Shown here piece after piece: positions 19,436 to 28,566 of a stretch of DNA of 64,000 nt. Source of the stretch: Limisphaerales bacterium (GTDB lineage Bacteria; Verrucomicrobiota; Verrucomicrobiia; Limisphaerales; JAJOIW01). Location of the stretch: positions 32,001 to 96,000 of the forward strand of contig CBFHOE010000003.1 in the NCBI GenBank assembly GCA_965657355.1, written 5' to 3'. The position numbers were made by a program, and so were the translations under genes. The notes beneath the pieces were generated by a model. The model searched no databases. It saw only the letters and a list, made by a program, of their open reading frames with translations, and had not been told where the DNA came from. The first letter of the stretch is position 1; every line of letters begins with the position of its first letter.

Positions 19436-20260
19436 TTACTTCCCTCCGTTTTTCTTTGCCGGTTTGCGGTAAAATAAAACATGCTGCTGTGGGAGATCGT
19501 TGAAAGAATGATCAAATTCCAGTCCCACGAATAAGGCCTCGCGTTTCACCTGATCTTTACTCATTTTGTGAAGAGGTTTTATTCTCACAAGTGGGTCTTC
19601 TTTTCTGTATTCAATCCAGACGACAAGCCCGCCTGGCTTCAGGGCTTTTTTTATCCCCTTCATCATTTCGTATGGATGGGAAAACTCATGGTAAACATCC
19701 ACCATAAATGCAAGGTCGACACTCTCAGGGGGTAATTTTGGATCATTAATCTTTCCAAGAACAGGAATGACATTGTTTATGTCTTTTTTCTTCAATTTCC
19801 CCAGCAGGATATCCAGCATTTCTTGCTGAATATCAACCGCATAAACCTTACCCTTTGGCCCGACTATAGGTGCTATGCGTCTCGTAAAATAACCAGACCC
19901 TGCGCCAATATCCGCAATGTTCATTCCGGGTTTTAAACCCATATTTTTAATGAGTACAGACGGTTTTTCTTCTGCCTCCCTGGATATTCGTTCGAGCCAA
20001 GGTGCCCCAAGATGCCCCATAACGTGCGATATTTCCCGGCCTTGATATACCTTTCCAATCCCATCTCTTGATGGTTTTTGGAGATATGTATAGATTTCAC
20101 CTTCTTCCGAAGATTTTTTTTGTTCGGCAGTTTTATCCTCTTTTTCACCGGCAATACTGGCAACAACGCTGGTTGAAACAAAAAGCACGGTAAAGGCAAA
20201 TATCCGACCTAATACCCCCATATTTGGCTGAAAATACATCGAATCAACATCCCTGTTCAC
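19436..20260 (-). CDS. Class I SAM-dependent methyltransferase with signal peptide
   Basis: Motif I 'ADIGAGSG', 'VYAVDIQ', 'DVYHEF', 'LKPGG'. Confidence 0.85.
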   Translation of the reverse strand: MNRDVDSMYFQPNMGVLGRIFAFTVLFVSTSVVASIAGEKEDKTAEQKKSSEEGEIYTYLQKPSRDGIGKVYQGREISHVMGHLGAPWLERISREAEEKPSVLIKNMGLKPGMNIADIGAGSGYFTRRIAPIVGPKGKVYAVDIQQEMLDILLGKLKKKDINNVIPVLGKINDPKLPPESVDLAFMVDVYHEFSHPYEMMKGIKKALKPGGLVVWIEYRKEDPLVRIKPLHKMSKDQVKREALFVGLEFDHSFNDLPQQHVLFYRKPAKKNGGK

Positions 20261-20320
20261 AAAATTTAATCAATAAATTTTTTTCTTGGGATATATGCCA
20301 TGATCAGATCATCATAAGGT

Positions 20321-20896
20321 ATGTCGAGAATCGGAATCTATGGTGGTTCCTTTGACCCAGTTCATATAGGGCATCTCCTTGTAGCGCGCGCAGCAATGGA
20401 GGAGATGTCCCTTTCCAGTGTGATCTTCGTACCCGCTGCTAGGTCTCCATTTAAGTCAAACCTCGAGCCGGCCGCAGCCGATTTTAGATTGTCGATGCTT
20501 AATTTAGCATTAGAAAATGTTGATAATATGGAAGTCAGTGATTGGGAAGTCACAAATGGAGGGCTCTCTTTCACAATTAGAACCGTTGAACACTTTCGCG
20601 AAATCTATCCGAATTGCGAAATCGTTTATATCATTGGAGCAGACCAGTGCTCTGGTCTACACAAATGGAAATCCGCTCAGGAATTATCTAAACTCGTTCA
20701 ATTTGCTGTCATTCCACGACCGGGGGTAGATGATACAAAAGTCACTCACGGATTCACGGGAACCCTGCTCAAGGGAGTTCCAATCGACTTGTCCTCCTCG
20801 TCAATTCGAAAAAGAATATCACAAAATCTATCGATTAGATGGCTGGTCCCAGAAAAAGTAGAAGACTTTATTCACAGGAATAATCTTTATCTCTAG
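20321..20896 (+). CDS. nadD: Nicotinate-nucleotide adenylyltransferase
   Basis: 'GGSFDPVHIGH', 'IIGAD', 'SSSSIR'; adjacent to rsfS as is common. Confidence 0.95.
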   Translation: MSRIGIYGGSFDPVHIGHLLVARAAMEEMSLSSVIFVPAARSPFKSNLEPAAADFRLSMLNLALENVDNMEVSDWEVTNGGLSFTIRTVEHFREIYPNCEIVYIIGADQCSGLHKWKSAQELSKLVQFAVIPRPGVDDTKVTHGFTGTLLKGVPIDLSSSSIRKRISQNLSIRWLVPEKVEDFIHRNNLYL

Positions 20897-20922
20897 TTTT
20901 TAACAAGATATATTATTCTACG

Positions 20923-21321
20923 ATGGATGCGAAAGAGTTCGCCGTTTTCGTTTCAAAAATTGCAGACGATAGAAAAGCCGAACAAATCCGGGTAGTTGAG
21001 GTTGGTGACCTTTCCGGGATTACCGACTACTTTGTGATCGTCACTGGAACCAGTGAGCCCCACCTCAAAGCTATCGTGGCTGAACTTCAGAAAAGAACCC
21101 AAGAATTACTTGGGAGAAAACCAAACGGAACTGATGGGAAGATCCCAACTAATTGGTTTGTTCTTGATTACTTTGACGTCATTGTTCATGTCATGACCGA
21201 AAGTGCGAGATCATTCTATTCTCTGGAATCTCTTTGGAAGGATGCCCCCCAGTTTTCATACCAAGATTTGGACGGTTCGGCTGGTGGTGGTGGGACAGCT
21301 AACGCCGCCCTGAGTGCATAA
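20923..21321 (+). CDS. rsfS: Ribosome silencing factor (Iojap)
   Basis: 'DRKAEQI', 'TDYFVIVTG', 'WFVLDYFDVIVHVM', 'FYSLESLW'. Confidence 0.95.
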   Translation: MDAKEFAVFVSKIADDRKAEQIRVVEVGDLSGITDYFVIVTGTSEPHLKAIVAELQKRTQELLGRKPNGTDGKIPTNWFVLDYFDVIVHVMTESARSFYSLESLWKDAPQFSYQDLDGSAGGGGTANAALSA

Positions 21322-21443
21322 ACAACAATTATTTTAGATTGTCACTCCTCCCCAATGCATTGGGCCACAACTTTTTACAACTTTTTGCTGAACGAAGAAG
21401 TTAATAGATTTACGTGATCTTTCTTAACATTGAAGAAATGAGC

Positions 21444-22022
21444 TCACGCTCGGTAGCTTCGGGAATGGGTATTATTCTTTGCAAACCTCATGACCCACGC
21501 GATAGACCCAGCAGCGAAGACCCAATGATATAACTGCGCCAAATTCCTCCACGCTAAATAATGGGTGATTTTGGAGTCCGGGTCCAATTCCTGTTCAAAT
21601 GCTTCTTCTGCTGTGTTGTCTTGCTGCCTTTCAGCTTGTTCCTGATTCGCCTCTATTCGAGTGGTATTGAGCTTTGGGTAAACCCATGTTGATCCTGAGG
21701 CTCCTAAAAACACGCAGACAATGATGAGGTAAATAGACTTCTTGGATTGATAACGTGCTAAATACAACCACTCTCCTGCCTGATGAACAAGAGCCAGGAA
21801 GGCGCAAATCGCATTAACCAAAAATAAAGACTCATATAGCCCAACCAGAATAGTCTCACTCCAAATATCCCCCAAGGCGGCAGTGAGTTTGCCACGAGAA
21901 AAAGGTACCACTGCGAACAATACATAGACGTTCGTACCTGCCCAGACTACGCCATTCAGAAGTCCAGCTATGGATAGAAATTTTGTCACTTTAAGCAGCC
22001 AAAAAAGCGTTCCTAGACTCAA
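21444..22022 (-). CDS. Integral membrane protein, ~4 TM (DUF4149-like layout)
   Basis: Four hydrophobic segments with an acidic loop before the last one. Family assignment is tentative. Confidence 0.45.
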   Translation of the reverse strand: MSLGTLFWLLKVTKFLSIAGLLNGVVWAGTNVYVLFAVVPFSRGKLTAALGDIWSETILVGLYESLFLVNAICAFLALVHQAGEWLYLARYQSKKSIYLIIVCVFLGASGSTWVYPKLNTTRIEANQEQAERQQDNTAEEAFEQELDPDSKITHYLAWRNLAQLYHWVFAAGSIAWVMRFAKNNTHSRSYRA

Positions 22023-22066
22023 TCTGCCGGGATTTACCCGGTTTTGTCTATAAAAATGTCCAATCT

Positions 22067-22978
22067 CTAGATATCACACACTTGCGCAGCGTGTCTTAGG
22101 GCTTGTATTTTGTCACTCCAATTTGGAATAAATTCCTGAGCAACAAAGCCCTTGTATCCTGTTTTCAAGATGGTATTCAGAACCGCTGGGTAGTTGATTT
22201 CTTGGGTATTATCCAGTTCCCCACGACCCGGGTTCCCTGCTGTATGGTAGTGCCCGATCCAGGGGTGATACTGATTGATCCTACGAATGACATCCCCGTG
22301 CATCACTTGAACGTGATATATATCAAATAATAGTTTCATATTTGGAGAGTCGACTTTCTTAATCATTTCGATGCAAAGCTCAATATCATCCCCAAAGTAG
22401 CCAGGATGGCCTTTCATTGGGTGGGAATCATCTCTTGAATTTAAGTGTTCCAGGCACAAGGTAATTCCTTGCTTCTCTGCAAATCTCATGACTTCTTTCC
22501 AACACGAAACACAGTTTTTGAAACCATCTTCGGGGGAAATACCATTTTGTGTCATCCCTGTGAATGTGATTACCCTTTTTGTGCCTATGCTCTTGGCCAG
22601 TTCAATTCCCTCCTTTAGTTTTTTGGTGCAGTGCTCATGGTTATCTTTTGTAAATGGGCCTTTACTAAATCCATGGCTCCCGACTAAAGAAATCTCCAAG
22701 CCCAAATCCATGACCTTTTTATAATAGGAAGAATTGATACCTTCCATGCCTACAATGCCAATTTCCTTGCACCCTTTGGCCAATTCAACCGGCGACATCG
22801 GGTTGAAACACCAGCCCATCACAGATTGACGGATTCGCCCGTTCTGAATTCGAAAATCAGGATTTGCCTGGTTTTTCGGGAGTTGGGCCAGGCCGTTTGT
22901 TCCCAAAGTAGCAAACCCGCTACCAATGATTCCAATGGCTTTCAGTGCGCCCCGTCTCGAAATTTTCACATCATTCAT
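22067..22978 (-). CDS. Tat-exported hydroxypyruvate-isomerase-family TIM barrel protein
   Basis: Twin-arginine 'SRRGALK', 'LEHLNS', 'LLFDIYHVQ', 'HYHTAGNPGR', 'QEINY', 'QEF'. Confidence 0.88.
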   Translation of the reverse strand: MNDVKISRRGALKAIGIIGSGFATLGTNGLAQLPKNQANPDFRIQNGRIRQSVMGWCFNPMSPVELAKGCKEIGIVGMEGINSSYYKKVMDLGLEISLVGSHGFSKGPFTKDNHEHCTKKLKEGIELAKSIGTKRVITFTGMTQNGISPEDGFKNCVSCWKEVMRFAEKQGITLCLEHLNSRDDSHPMKGHPGYFGDDIELCIEMIKKVDSPNMKLLFDIYHVQVMHGDVIRRINQYHPWIGHYHTAGNPGRGELDNTQEINYPAVLNTILKTGYKGFVAQEFIPNWSDKIQALRHAAQVCDI

Positions 22979-23245
22979 GCTCTATATTTTTTCGTGTTAA
23001 TAGAAGTGGGATTTAAACCAAAACAATGGCCCTTCACAAATATTCTGGCAAGTTTGAAGAAGCTTTCTCAAGCCCATCTGGCTCATTAGCTACCTGAATA
23101 TGTGAACTTTTCACCAGGTACTGCACGGCAAATGCAGGCAATTAGTTCCTGCGTGTGGTGGGAAGAATTTGCTGTATTTCCGAATTAAGTTCAGAAAAAA
23201 GGGGCCTAATTCAAAAAAAACTCAAAAAATAAGCTTATGAGTGCC

Positions 23246-23262
23246 TTGGCCCGGTAGTTGCT
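23246..23262 (+). promoter_or_regulatory. Sigma54 (-24/-12) promoter
   Basis: TTGGC-CCGGTAG-TTGCT: GG-N10-GC spacing matching the TGGC-N7-TTGC(A/T) consensus, in a long intergenic region preceded by A-tracts. Confidence 0.65.
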
Positions 23263-23272
23263 TAATTACGGA

Positions 23273-23416
23273 TGTGGTAGGTAATATTATGTAATGAACC
23301 TCGTGGATGATTAGGGCTTATCCTGAAGTTCTCTATTATTGCCCGCCACAAATTAAAGCCGTTAACTCATAGCAATCAGGGGGGGCGCGGAGCCCCCCGT
23401 CCTATGGGCTTGTTTT
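23273..23416 (+). ncRNA. Candidate structured 5' leader or sRNA (two long hairpins)
   Basis: Hairpin 1, 23273-23350: TGTGGTAGGTAATA pairs with TATTGCCCGCCACA, GAAC with GTTC, GGATGA with TTATCC. Hairpin 2, 23356-23411: AAGCC/GGCTT, CTCATAG/CTATGGG, GGGGGGC/GCCCCCC. It begins at the predicted sigma54 +1. Confidence 0.45.
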
Positions 23417-23430
23417 GAAAAAATTTGACC

Positions 23431-24717
23431 ATGAATTCAATAGCTGACTCAAGTCTTGAAACCGTAAAAAACAGTTCAAGCATCCATGCGGATAAGACCT
23501 CCATGCTAGCAAACGCCGACTCCTATTTCGCAAACCAAGATTTCGCCAGCGCTTGGCAGGAGTTGAACCAAATCAACCAGATCTTTGGAGGTGCATATGA
23601 AATATACGCAGCTATGGCGCTGTGCTCGATGTCCCTTAACGATTTAGACCGGGCACGAATCGAATATTTTACCTCTATCAGATATGCTCCCGACAACGCT
23701 GAAATAAGACTCAACTTGGCTGTCGTTGAAAAATCTTTGGGCTTGCTTGACGACGCCTATCACCAAATACAAATCGTATTAGGTCTTAATTCTGATGATT
23801 TGCTTGCAAGGCGTATCGCTGCAGATATCAGTGTTTTAAAAGGAAACTTCGACCTCGCTGTATTGGATTATCGAAGGGTCCTAGATCATTCTCCGGATGA
23901 TATCGATTCACTTCTTGGTTATGGAAGATGCCTTTTTAGCCTTGGTCGATTAAATGAATCTTTAGATATATATCATAAAATTTTATCCATAGATCCATCT
24001 CATGAAATTGCTCAGGATAACATTGTGATTCTTCAAAAAAGGATGGGAAATGAAACTAAAAAGCCGTTCACAGGGGATCGAAAGTTACTTTTTCAAGAAG
24101 CAAGAGATATGATGAATCAGGGCAATCATTCTGGAGCAAAGGATTTATTAAGGCCGCTGTTATTTTCATCAGATGCAACAGCAGATACTTGCTTCATATA
24201 TGGCAACCTTTGTTTGTTGGAGGGTAATTACGAGGAAGCGCTCGTCAACTATACCAAAATGGTTGAATTTGATCCATCTGACATCCGGGGTCACATTAAA
24301 CTCGGTTCGACAGCCGTATCTATTGGTATGAAAGATCTTGCGCGCAAACATATTGATACGGCCCAGTCGATTGATCCAACCCACCCTGATATTCAGGAAA
24401 TAGAAATTGATATTTTGATGCTTGAGAAAAACTATCTCCCTGCAGCCCAGCGGATCTACAAAATCATTTCTAAGGACATGTCCAATGCCGATCTCTTAAC
24501 TAAAATGGGTCAGTGTTTTGAAAATTTAGGCGATTATCAATTAGCCTCAGATACCTACAAAAAGGCATTAGAAATTAATCCTGCACACCAATTGGCAAGC
24601 GAAAATCTCAAGCGCATAAAACATTTTGTTAACGAGGAAACTGAAAGTGATATCTACAAAGAATCTAACGCTTTCACGCCTCTCGAAAAGGTGTCTGCCA
24701 GTGCTAGTGTAGCTTAA
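23431..24717 (+). CDS. Tetratricopeptide repeat protein
   Basis: Multiple 34-aa TPR units (e.g. 'LGYGRCLFSLGRLNESLDIYHKILSIDPSH', 'MGQCFENLGDYQLASDTYKKALEINPAH'). ATG at 23431. Confidence 0.9.
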   Translation: MNSIADSSLETVKNSSSIHADKTSMLANADSYFANQDFASAWQELNQINQIFGGAYEIYAAMALCSMSLNDLDRARIEYFTSIRYAPDNAEIRLNLAVVEKSLGLLDDAYHQIQIVLGLNSDDLLARRIAADISVLKGNFDLAVLDYRRVLDHSPDDIDSLLGYGRCLFSLGRLNESLDIYHKILSIDPSHEIAQDNIVILQKRMGNETKKPFTGDRKLLFQEARDMMNQGNHSGAKDLLRPLLFSSDATADTCFIYGNLCLLEGNYEEALVNYTKMVEFDPSDIRGHIKLGSTAVSIGMKDLARKHIDTAQSIDPTHPDIQEIEIDILMLEKNYLPAAQRIYKIISKDMSNADLLTKMGQCFENLGDYQLASDTYKKALEINPAHQLASENLKRIKHFVNEETESDIYKESNAFTPLEKVSASASVA

Positions 24718-24767
24718 TGTAAATTATTGAAACCAACGATTTACTAAAGAACGCAAAACTTGCTTAT

Positions 24768-24791
24768 CCAAAATCCCAAAATCCCAAAATC
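24768..24791. repeat. Short tandem repeat (CCAAAATC)x3
   Basis: Three exact 8-nt units between convergent genes, directly followed by the inverted repeat CCGTCTC(24791-24797)/GAGACGG(24815-24821). Confidence 0.8.
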
Positions 24792-24847
24792 CGTCTCGTA
24801 TTAAATTTTCTTCTGAGACGGCCTTAGTTTATAGTTAAATAAGAAAA

Positions 24848-27562
24848 CTAACGATTCGGTTTTTCTAATACTTTAAAAAATTCCATAGTCTTGCTGCCAA
24901 TCGAGATGACAGTATCGGTGATCGGGAATTTACCTTCTACCGAACTTACTTTCCCGAATTGGTTTAGACTGAACAATGAGCTGAAAACGTCATACTGAGC
25001 CTTGTCAATGCCAGGCCAGCTCAAACGAAGCATTCCCTCTTTCCATTGATTAAGGCCCAACAAAAATGGTCTGTCGTTCTCACGTGGATTCGTAATAGCC
25101 GCCTGTTCATATCCATTTCTAAATCCATCTTCGTCAGGGTCGTCTAAGGCCGAATAATCTAGTGAATTAAAATATTTAATCTCCCAGTCGTCATCTAATC
25201 CATCACCATCAGCATCAGTTATTGTCGTACCTCTAATTAGCAATTTTAATGAGGTAACCGTACCTGAGGAGTCGCTGTCCCCAAGGTTACTGACCTGAAC
25301 TCTCCATACACCTTTTGACGGTTCAAACATGTGCTGGGCAGAATGATAGGTCCAACTACTTAAGTTTGAAATGCTGTCTTGATTGATACTTTGTAATTCA
25401 CTCTTCGTACCACTGGGTGAAAAAAGTGTTATCCTAATGCCGCTCCGATTAGTAATGTTTGATTTCAATTCAAGGCCAATGAATTCAACTATCATCTCGT
25501 CCTTAACATCGAATGTGGCTGCCTTTGATTTCATTTTAACACTAACCTCGAGATTTGGATTGTTAAGAAGGGTCTGCCTCAGATTTTCGCCATTTTGTTG
25601 CCCTATAAATATTGTGGGTATCGCTGTATAGTCAGTAGACGCCATAATCAATGGAGCATTGCCATTGTTGTTATAAATAATAGCAAATTTTGCGCCGGCT
25701 TCCTCCGCCCTTAATATTTTATCTCTAAATAATACTTCACCTCTTTGAATCAGGGCCCCCATATTATCAAGGTTCGTATTTATGCTTTGTTCTGCTAAAC
25801 CTACAAATGCAATTTTACCATTTTGCGCTGATAGGTCATTGACTGGCCCAAGTGACGGATACCCTGGAATCCACATGGGCTCTTGACCAGGCGAAGATGA
25901 CGGAATTTCAATTCCATACTCTTCTTCACCAATCTCCATTAATAGTGATTTGGAGTGGCTGGCAGTTTTATGTCTCGACTTTGATTTCCAGGACTTTGCC
26001 AGGCGTACGGCTATGCCTGCGTCTGGAATTCCAAACCCTACATTATCATTTACTTCAAAACCTCCTCCATTGAGCTGAGTATGTGGATCATCAAAGTATT
26101 GTTTGGCAGACATAGCCAATATCTGTTGGACGTCCCTGTAATGTAAATCAGGCCTTGCCGAAAGGACCAAAGCTGCTAGCCCAGCTATTTCGGGTGCACT
26201 TGCCGATGTGCCATTAAACGCGCTGATACCAAAAGAATAGTCGGGTCTCCCTGCTGGACTTCTTGCGGAGTTTGCTCCCTCGGTCCCTAATAAATCAGTC
26301 GTCATGATACCCGGAGTGCTTTCCCCTTCATCTGCTGTGACGCTATCTCCACTTGGGGCTGCTACTAATATAGGGGCCCCTGGGCTACTGTAGCTTGTAG
26401 CCTTTCCATAAATGTCCGAGGCCGCAACTGTAATGACATGGGGGTCGCTGGGATATTTATCATCGTTGACATTTCCATTTCCTGGATGGCCAGGCGAAGG
26501 ATCTCTAAAATTGCCAGCAGACCTAACAATAACCGCTCCCAAACCATTCCTTCCTAGACGCACAGCATTGGTAATGGATTGACTCACAATTCTGCTTGGC
26601 CCAGAAAGAACTTCTGTACCTGAGGCCCAACTATGGTTCTGAACCTGAACCCTATGTGTTTCATGACGGAAGAGCCGAGCCATGTTTATGTCTGAGGCGA
26701 ATTCAAAGGATTCTTTTCCAAAAATTAAGAGACTTGTAAGGCCTGCATCCGGTGCAACCCCGCTCACTCCTATATTATTATTACCTTTTGCTGCGGCTAT
26801 CCCAGCGACATTCGTTCCATGGAAACCATTGACTGGAGGCACCGTATCTTGGTGCGATACATTTTTTACATAATCGTGATGTGGTTGACCTCTGGTCGGG
26901 TCCTCTAAATCTGGATGATTCGTTTGGATACCATCATCTATAACCCCGATACTTACTCCCTCACCCCTTGTGATTGGCCACGCTGATCTGACATTGAGAT
27001 CAATGCCCAATCTTTTTCCTTCTGAGTTTCTATTTTCAAGATGTTTTTGTTCATTGAAATAGGGATCTTTCGGATAAGCCGAGTATCCATTTAATTTTTT
27101 TATGGGCCACATCATGACAGGGCTTGCTGCATAAACTTCTTCATTTTCTGAAAGTCTATTTGCGGCTTCCAATGAAGCTCTAGCGCTTACTGCATTTAGA
27201 AGGTAGAACCCCGAGCCTAAGTCTTCTGCTATGGAAAGCCCTAACCCAACGATATAAGCAGATGGTTTGTTGTTTAAAGGGATTTGAAGGAATAATTGGT
27301 TTGTCGCTTTAATTTGTAAATCAGGCTTACCTTTTACTGAGAGTATCAAATGCTCTGGTGCCCAATTTGGCATAAACGCATTGCCTATTTCCGAGACGTA
27401 TTCGAGAGGCCTGTCGTCTTTAAATTGGTATGTTTTAGAATAGAATAACTCATCAGGGGCTGCATAACTTATTTTCGCACTCCCAATCACAATCAGGACT
27501 AATCCTAGTAGAAAGGTGCGAGAATATTTTACTCTCTTATGTATTCGCCTGGTATTTAGCAT
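24848..27562 (-). CDS. Secreted S8 kexin/furin-like serine protease with PA domain, P-domain and C-terminal domain
   Basis: Triad 'VIDDG', 'HGTNVAG', 'GTSASAP'; oxyanion 'SAGN'; PA domain 'LIQRG...KILRAEEAGAKFAIIYNN'; P-domain 'LFSPSGT...GVWRVQVS'; Ca-binding-like 'DADGDGLDD'. Confidence 0.9.
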   Translation of the reverse strand: MLNTRRIHKRVKYSRTFLLGLVLIVIGSAKISYAAPDELFYSKTYQFKDDRPLEYVSEIGNAFMPNWAPEHLILSVKGKPDLQIKATNQLFLQIPLNNKPSAYIVGLGLSIAEDLGSGFYLLNAVSARASLEAANRLSENEEVYAASPVMMWPIKKLNGYSAYPKDPYFNEQKHLENRNSEGKRLGIDLNVRSAWPITRGEGVSIGVIDDGIQTNHPDLEDPTRGQPHHDYVKNVSHQDTVPPVNGFHGTNVAGIAAAKGNNNIGVSGVAPDAGLTSLLIFGKESFEFASDINMARLFRHETHRVQVQNHSWASGTEVLSGPSRIVSQSITNAVRLGRNGLGAVIVRSAGNFRDPSPGHPGNGNVNDDKYPSDPHVITVAASDIYGKATSYSSPGAPILVAAPSGDSVTADEGESTPGIMTTDLLGTEGANSARSPAGRPDYSFGISAFNGTSASAPEIAGLAALVLSARPDLHYRDVQQILAMSAKQYFDDPHTQLNGGGFEVNDNVGFGIPDAGIAVRLAKSWKSKSRHKTASHSKSLLMEIGEEEYGIEIPSSSPGQEPMWIPGYPSLGPVNDLSAQNGKIAFVGLAEQSINTNLDNMGALIQRGEVLFRDKILRAEEAGAKFAIIYNNNGNAPLIMASTDYTAIPTIFIGQQNGENLRQTLLNNPNLEVSVKMKSKAATFDVKDEMIVEFIGLELKSNITNRSGIRITLFSPSGTKSELQSINQDSISNLSSWTYHSAQHMFEPSKGVWRVQVSNLGDSDSSGTVTSLKLLIRGTTITDADGDGLDDDWEIKYFNSLDYSALDDPDEDGFRNGYEQAAITNPRENDRPFLLGLNQWKEGMLRLSWPGIDKAQYDVFSSLFSLNQFGKVSSVEGKFPITDTVISIGSKTMEFFKVLEKPNR

Positions 27563-27630
27563 CTAATAAAATCTATCACATGTTTTATAATCGGTCGGAG
27601 ATTTCAACAAATTACGTTCAGAAATCAGTT

Positions 27631-28485
27631 TTATAAATTACTTTTATCAATCTGATTGGTTCTCAAATGGCATACATTTAGTGCTTTAAATCTACCAATT
27701 TTGTAACTATCCCTAATGGAATAGTTTGTAAGTAATTTTGATTTTTGTATTGCTGTCACAAGTTCTTCCCCTTTAGCAAGATACGCAGCAATGGAGGAAC
27801 TTAACGTACACCCAGTGCCGTGTAGTGAACCAATTTTTTGATATGGTAATTCAAAAGCCTGTGGTTTTTCACCGTCATACAGATAGTCTGTGATCATACC
27901 ATTTTCTGGGTCAAGGTGGCCTCCTTTTATAAAGATAGGAGAGTTAAATTTCTTGAAAAGGCAAACAGTAGCCTCTTTAAGCTCATTTTTTGAGGTTATT
28001 TTTCTCCCGAGTAACGATTCAGCTTCCGGTATGTTTGGTGTTATCAAATCTCCTAAACTAAAGAGTGAAACTAGGCAGGCTTCTGTTGATTTTTCATCTA
28101 CCTCTACCGATTTTTTTTGTTCTAGATAAAGTGACTTACCTGAGGTTGCGACCATCACAGGATCGATTACTACGGGAATATCAGTCTTTACAATAAATTC
28201 GGAAATCAAAGAGGTCACTTTTTGAACGATACCTGAGGAAAAAAGAGCGCCGACTTTTATTGCATTTGGCGGTAAGTCTTTGGTCAAAATATTAAATTGT
28301 TCTTCTATCAATTTTTCGGAAACAGGTTCCATATTTGAAATGTTCGCCGGGGATTGGGCGGTAATTCCCGTGACAACGCAAGTGCCGTGCACTCCAACAG
28401 CATCAAAGGTCTTCAGATCTGCCTGAATGCCAGCACCGCCCCCGCTGTCTGAGCCAGCAACTGCCATCACGATTGTTTTACTCAT
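27631..28485 (-). CDS. thiD: Hydroxymethylpyrimidine/phosphomethylpyrimidine kinase
   Basis: 'AGSDSGGGAGIQADLKT', 'DPVMVATSG', 'TPNIPEA', 'KGGH', 'HGTGCTLSS'. Confidence 0.95.
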   Translation of the reverse strand: MSKTIVMAVAGSDSGGGAGIQADLKTFDAVGVHGTCVVTGITAQSPANISNMEPVSEKLIEEQFNILTKDLPPNAIKVGALFSSGIVQKVTSLISEFIVKTDIPVVIDPVMVATSGKSLYLEQKKSVEVDEKSTEACLVSLFSLGDLITPNIPEAESLLGRKITSKNELKEATVCLFKKFNSPIFIKGGHLDPENGMITDYLYDGEKPQAFELPYQKIGSLHGTGCTLSSSIAAYLAKGEELVTAIQKSKLLTNYSIRDSYKIGRFKALNVCHLRTNQIDKSNL

Positions 28486-28566
28486 ATTGAAAGTTTACCA
28501 TATAATAATAATAGGGACAGACCCTTTTATATTGATCCCAGGTGAAGAGGTATTTAGAGTTGATGT

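Noticed and set aside
23123..23160. c-di-GMP-I riboswitch suggested by GCACGGCAAA
   Set aside because: The GNRA-capped P2 and downstream GCAAAG/P3 elements are absent.
28486..28566. TPP riboswitch upstream of thiD
   Set aside because: Only 81 AT-rich bases to the divergent gene, and no CTGAGA core on the thiD strand.
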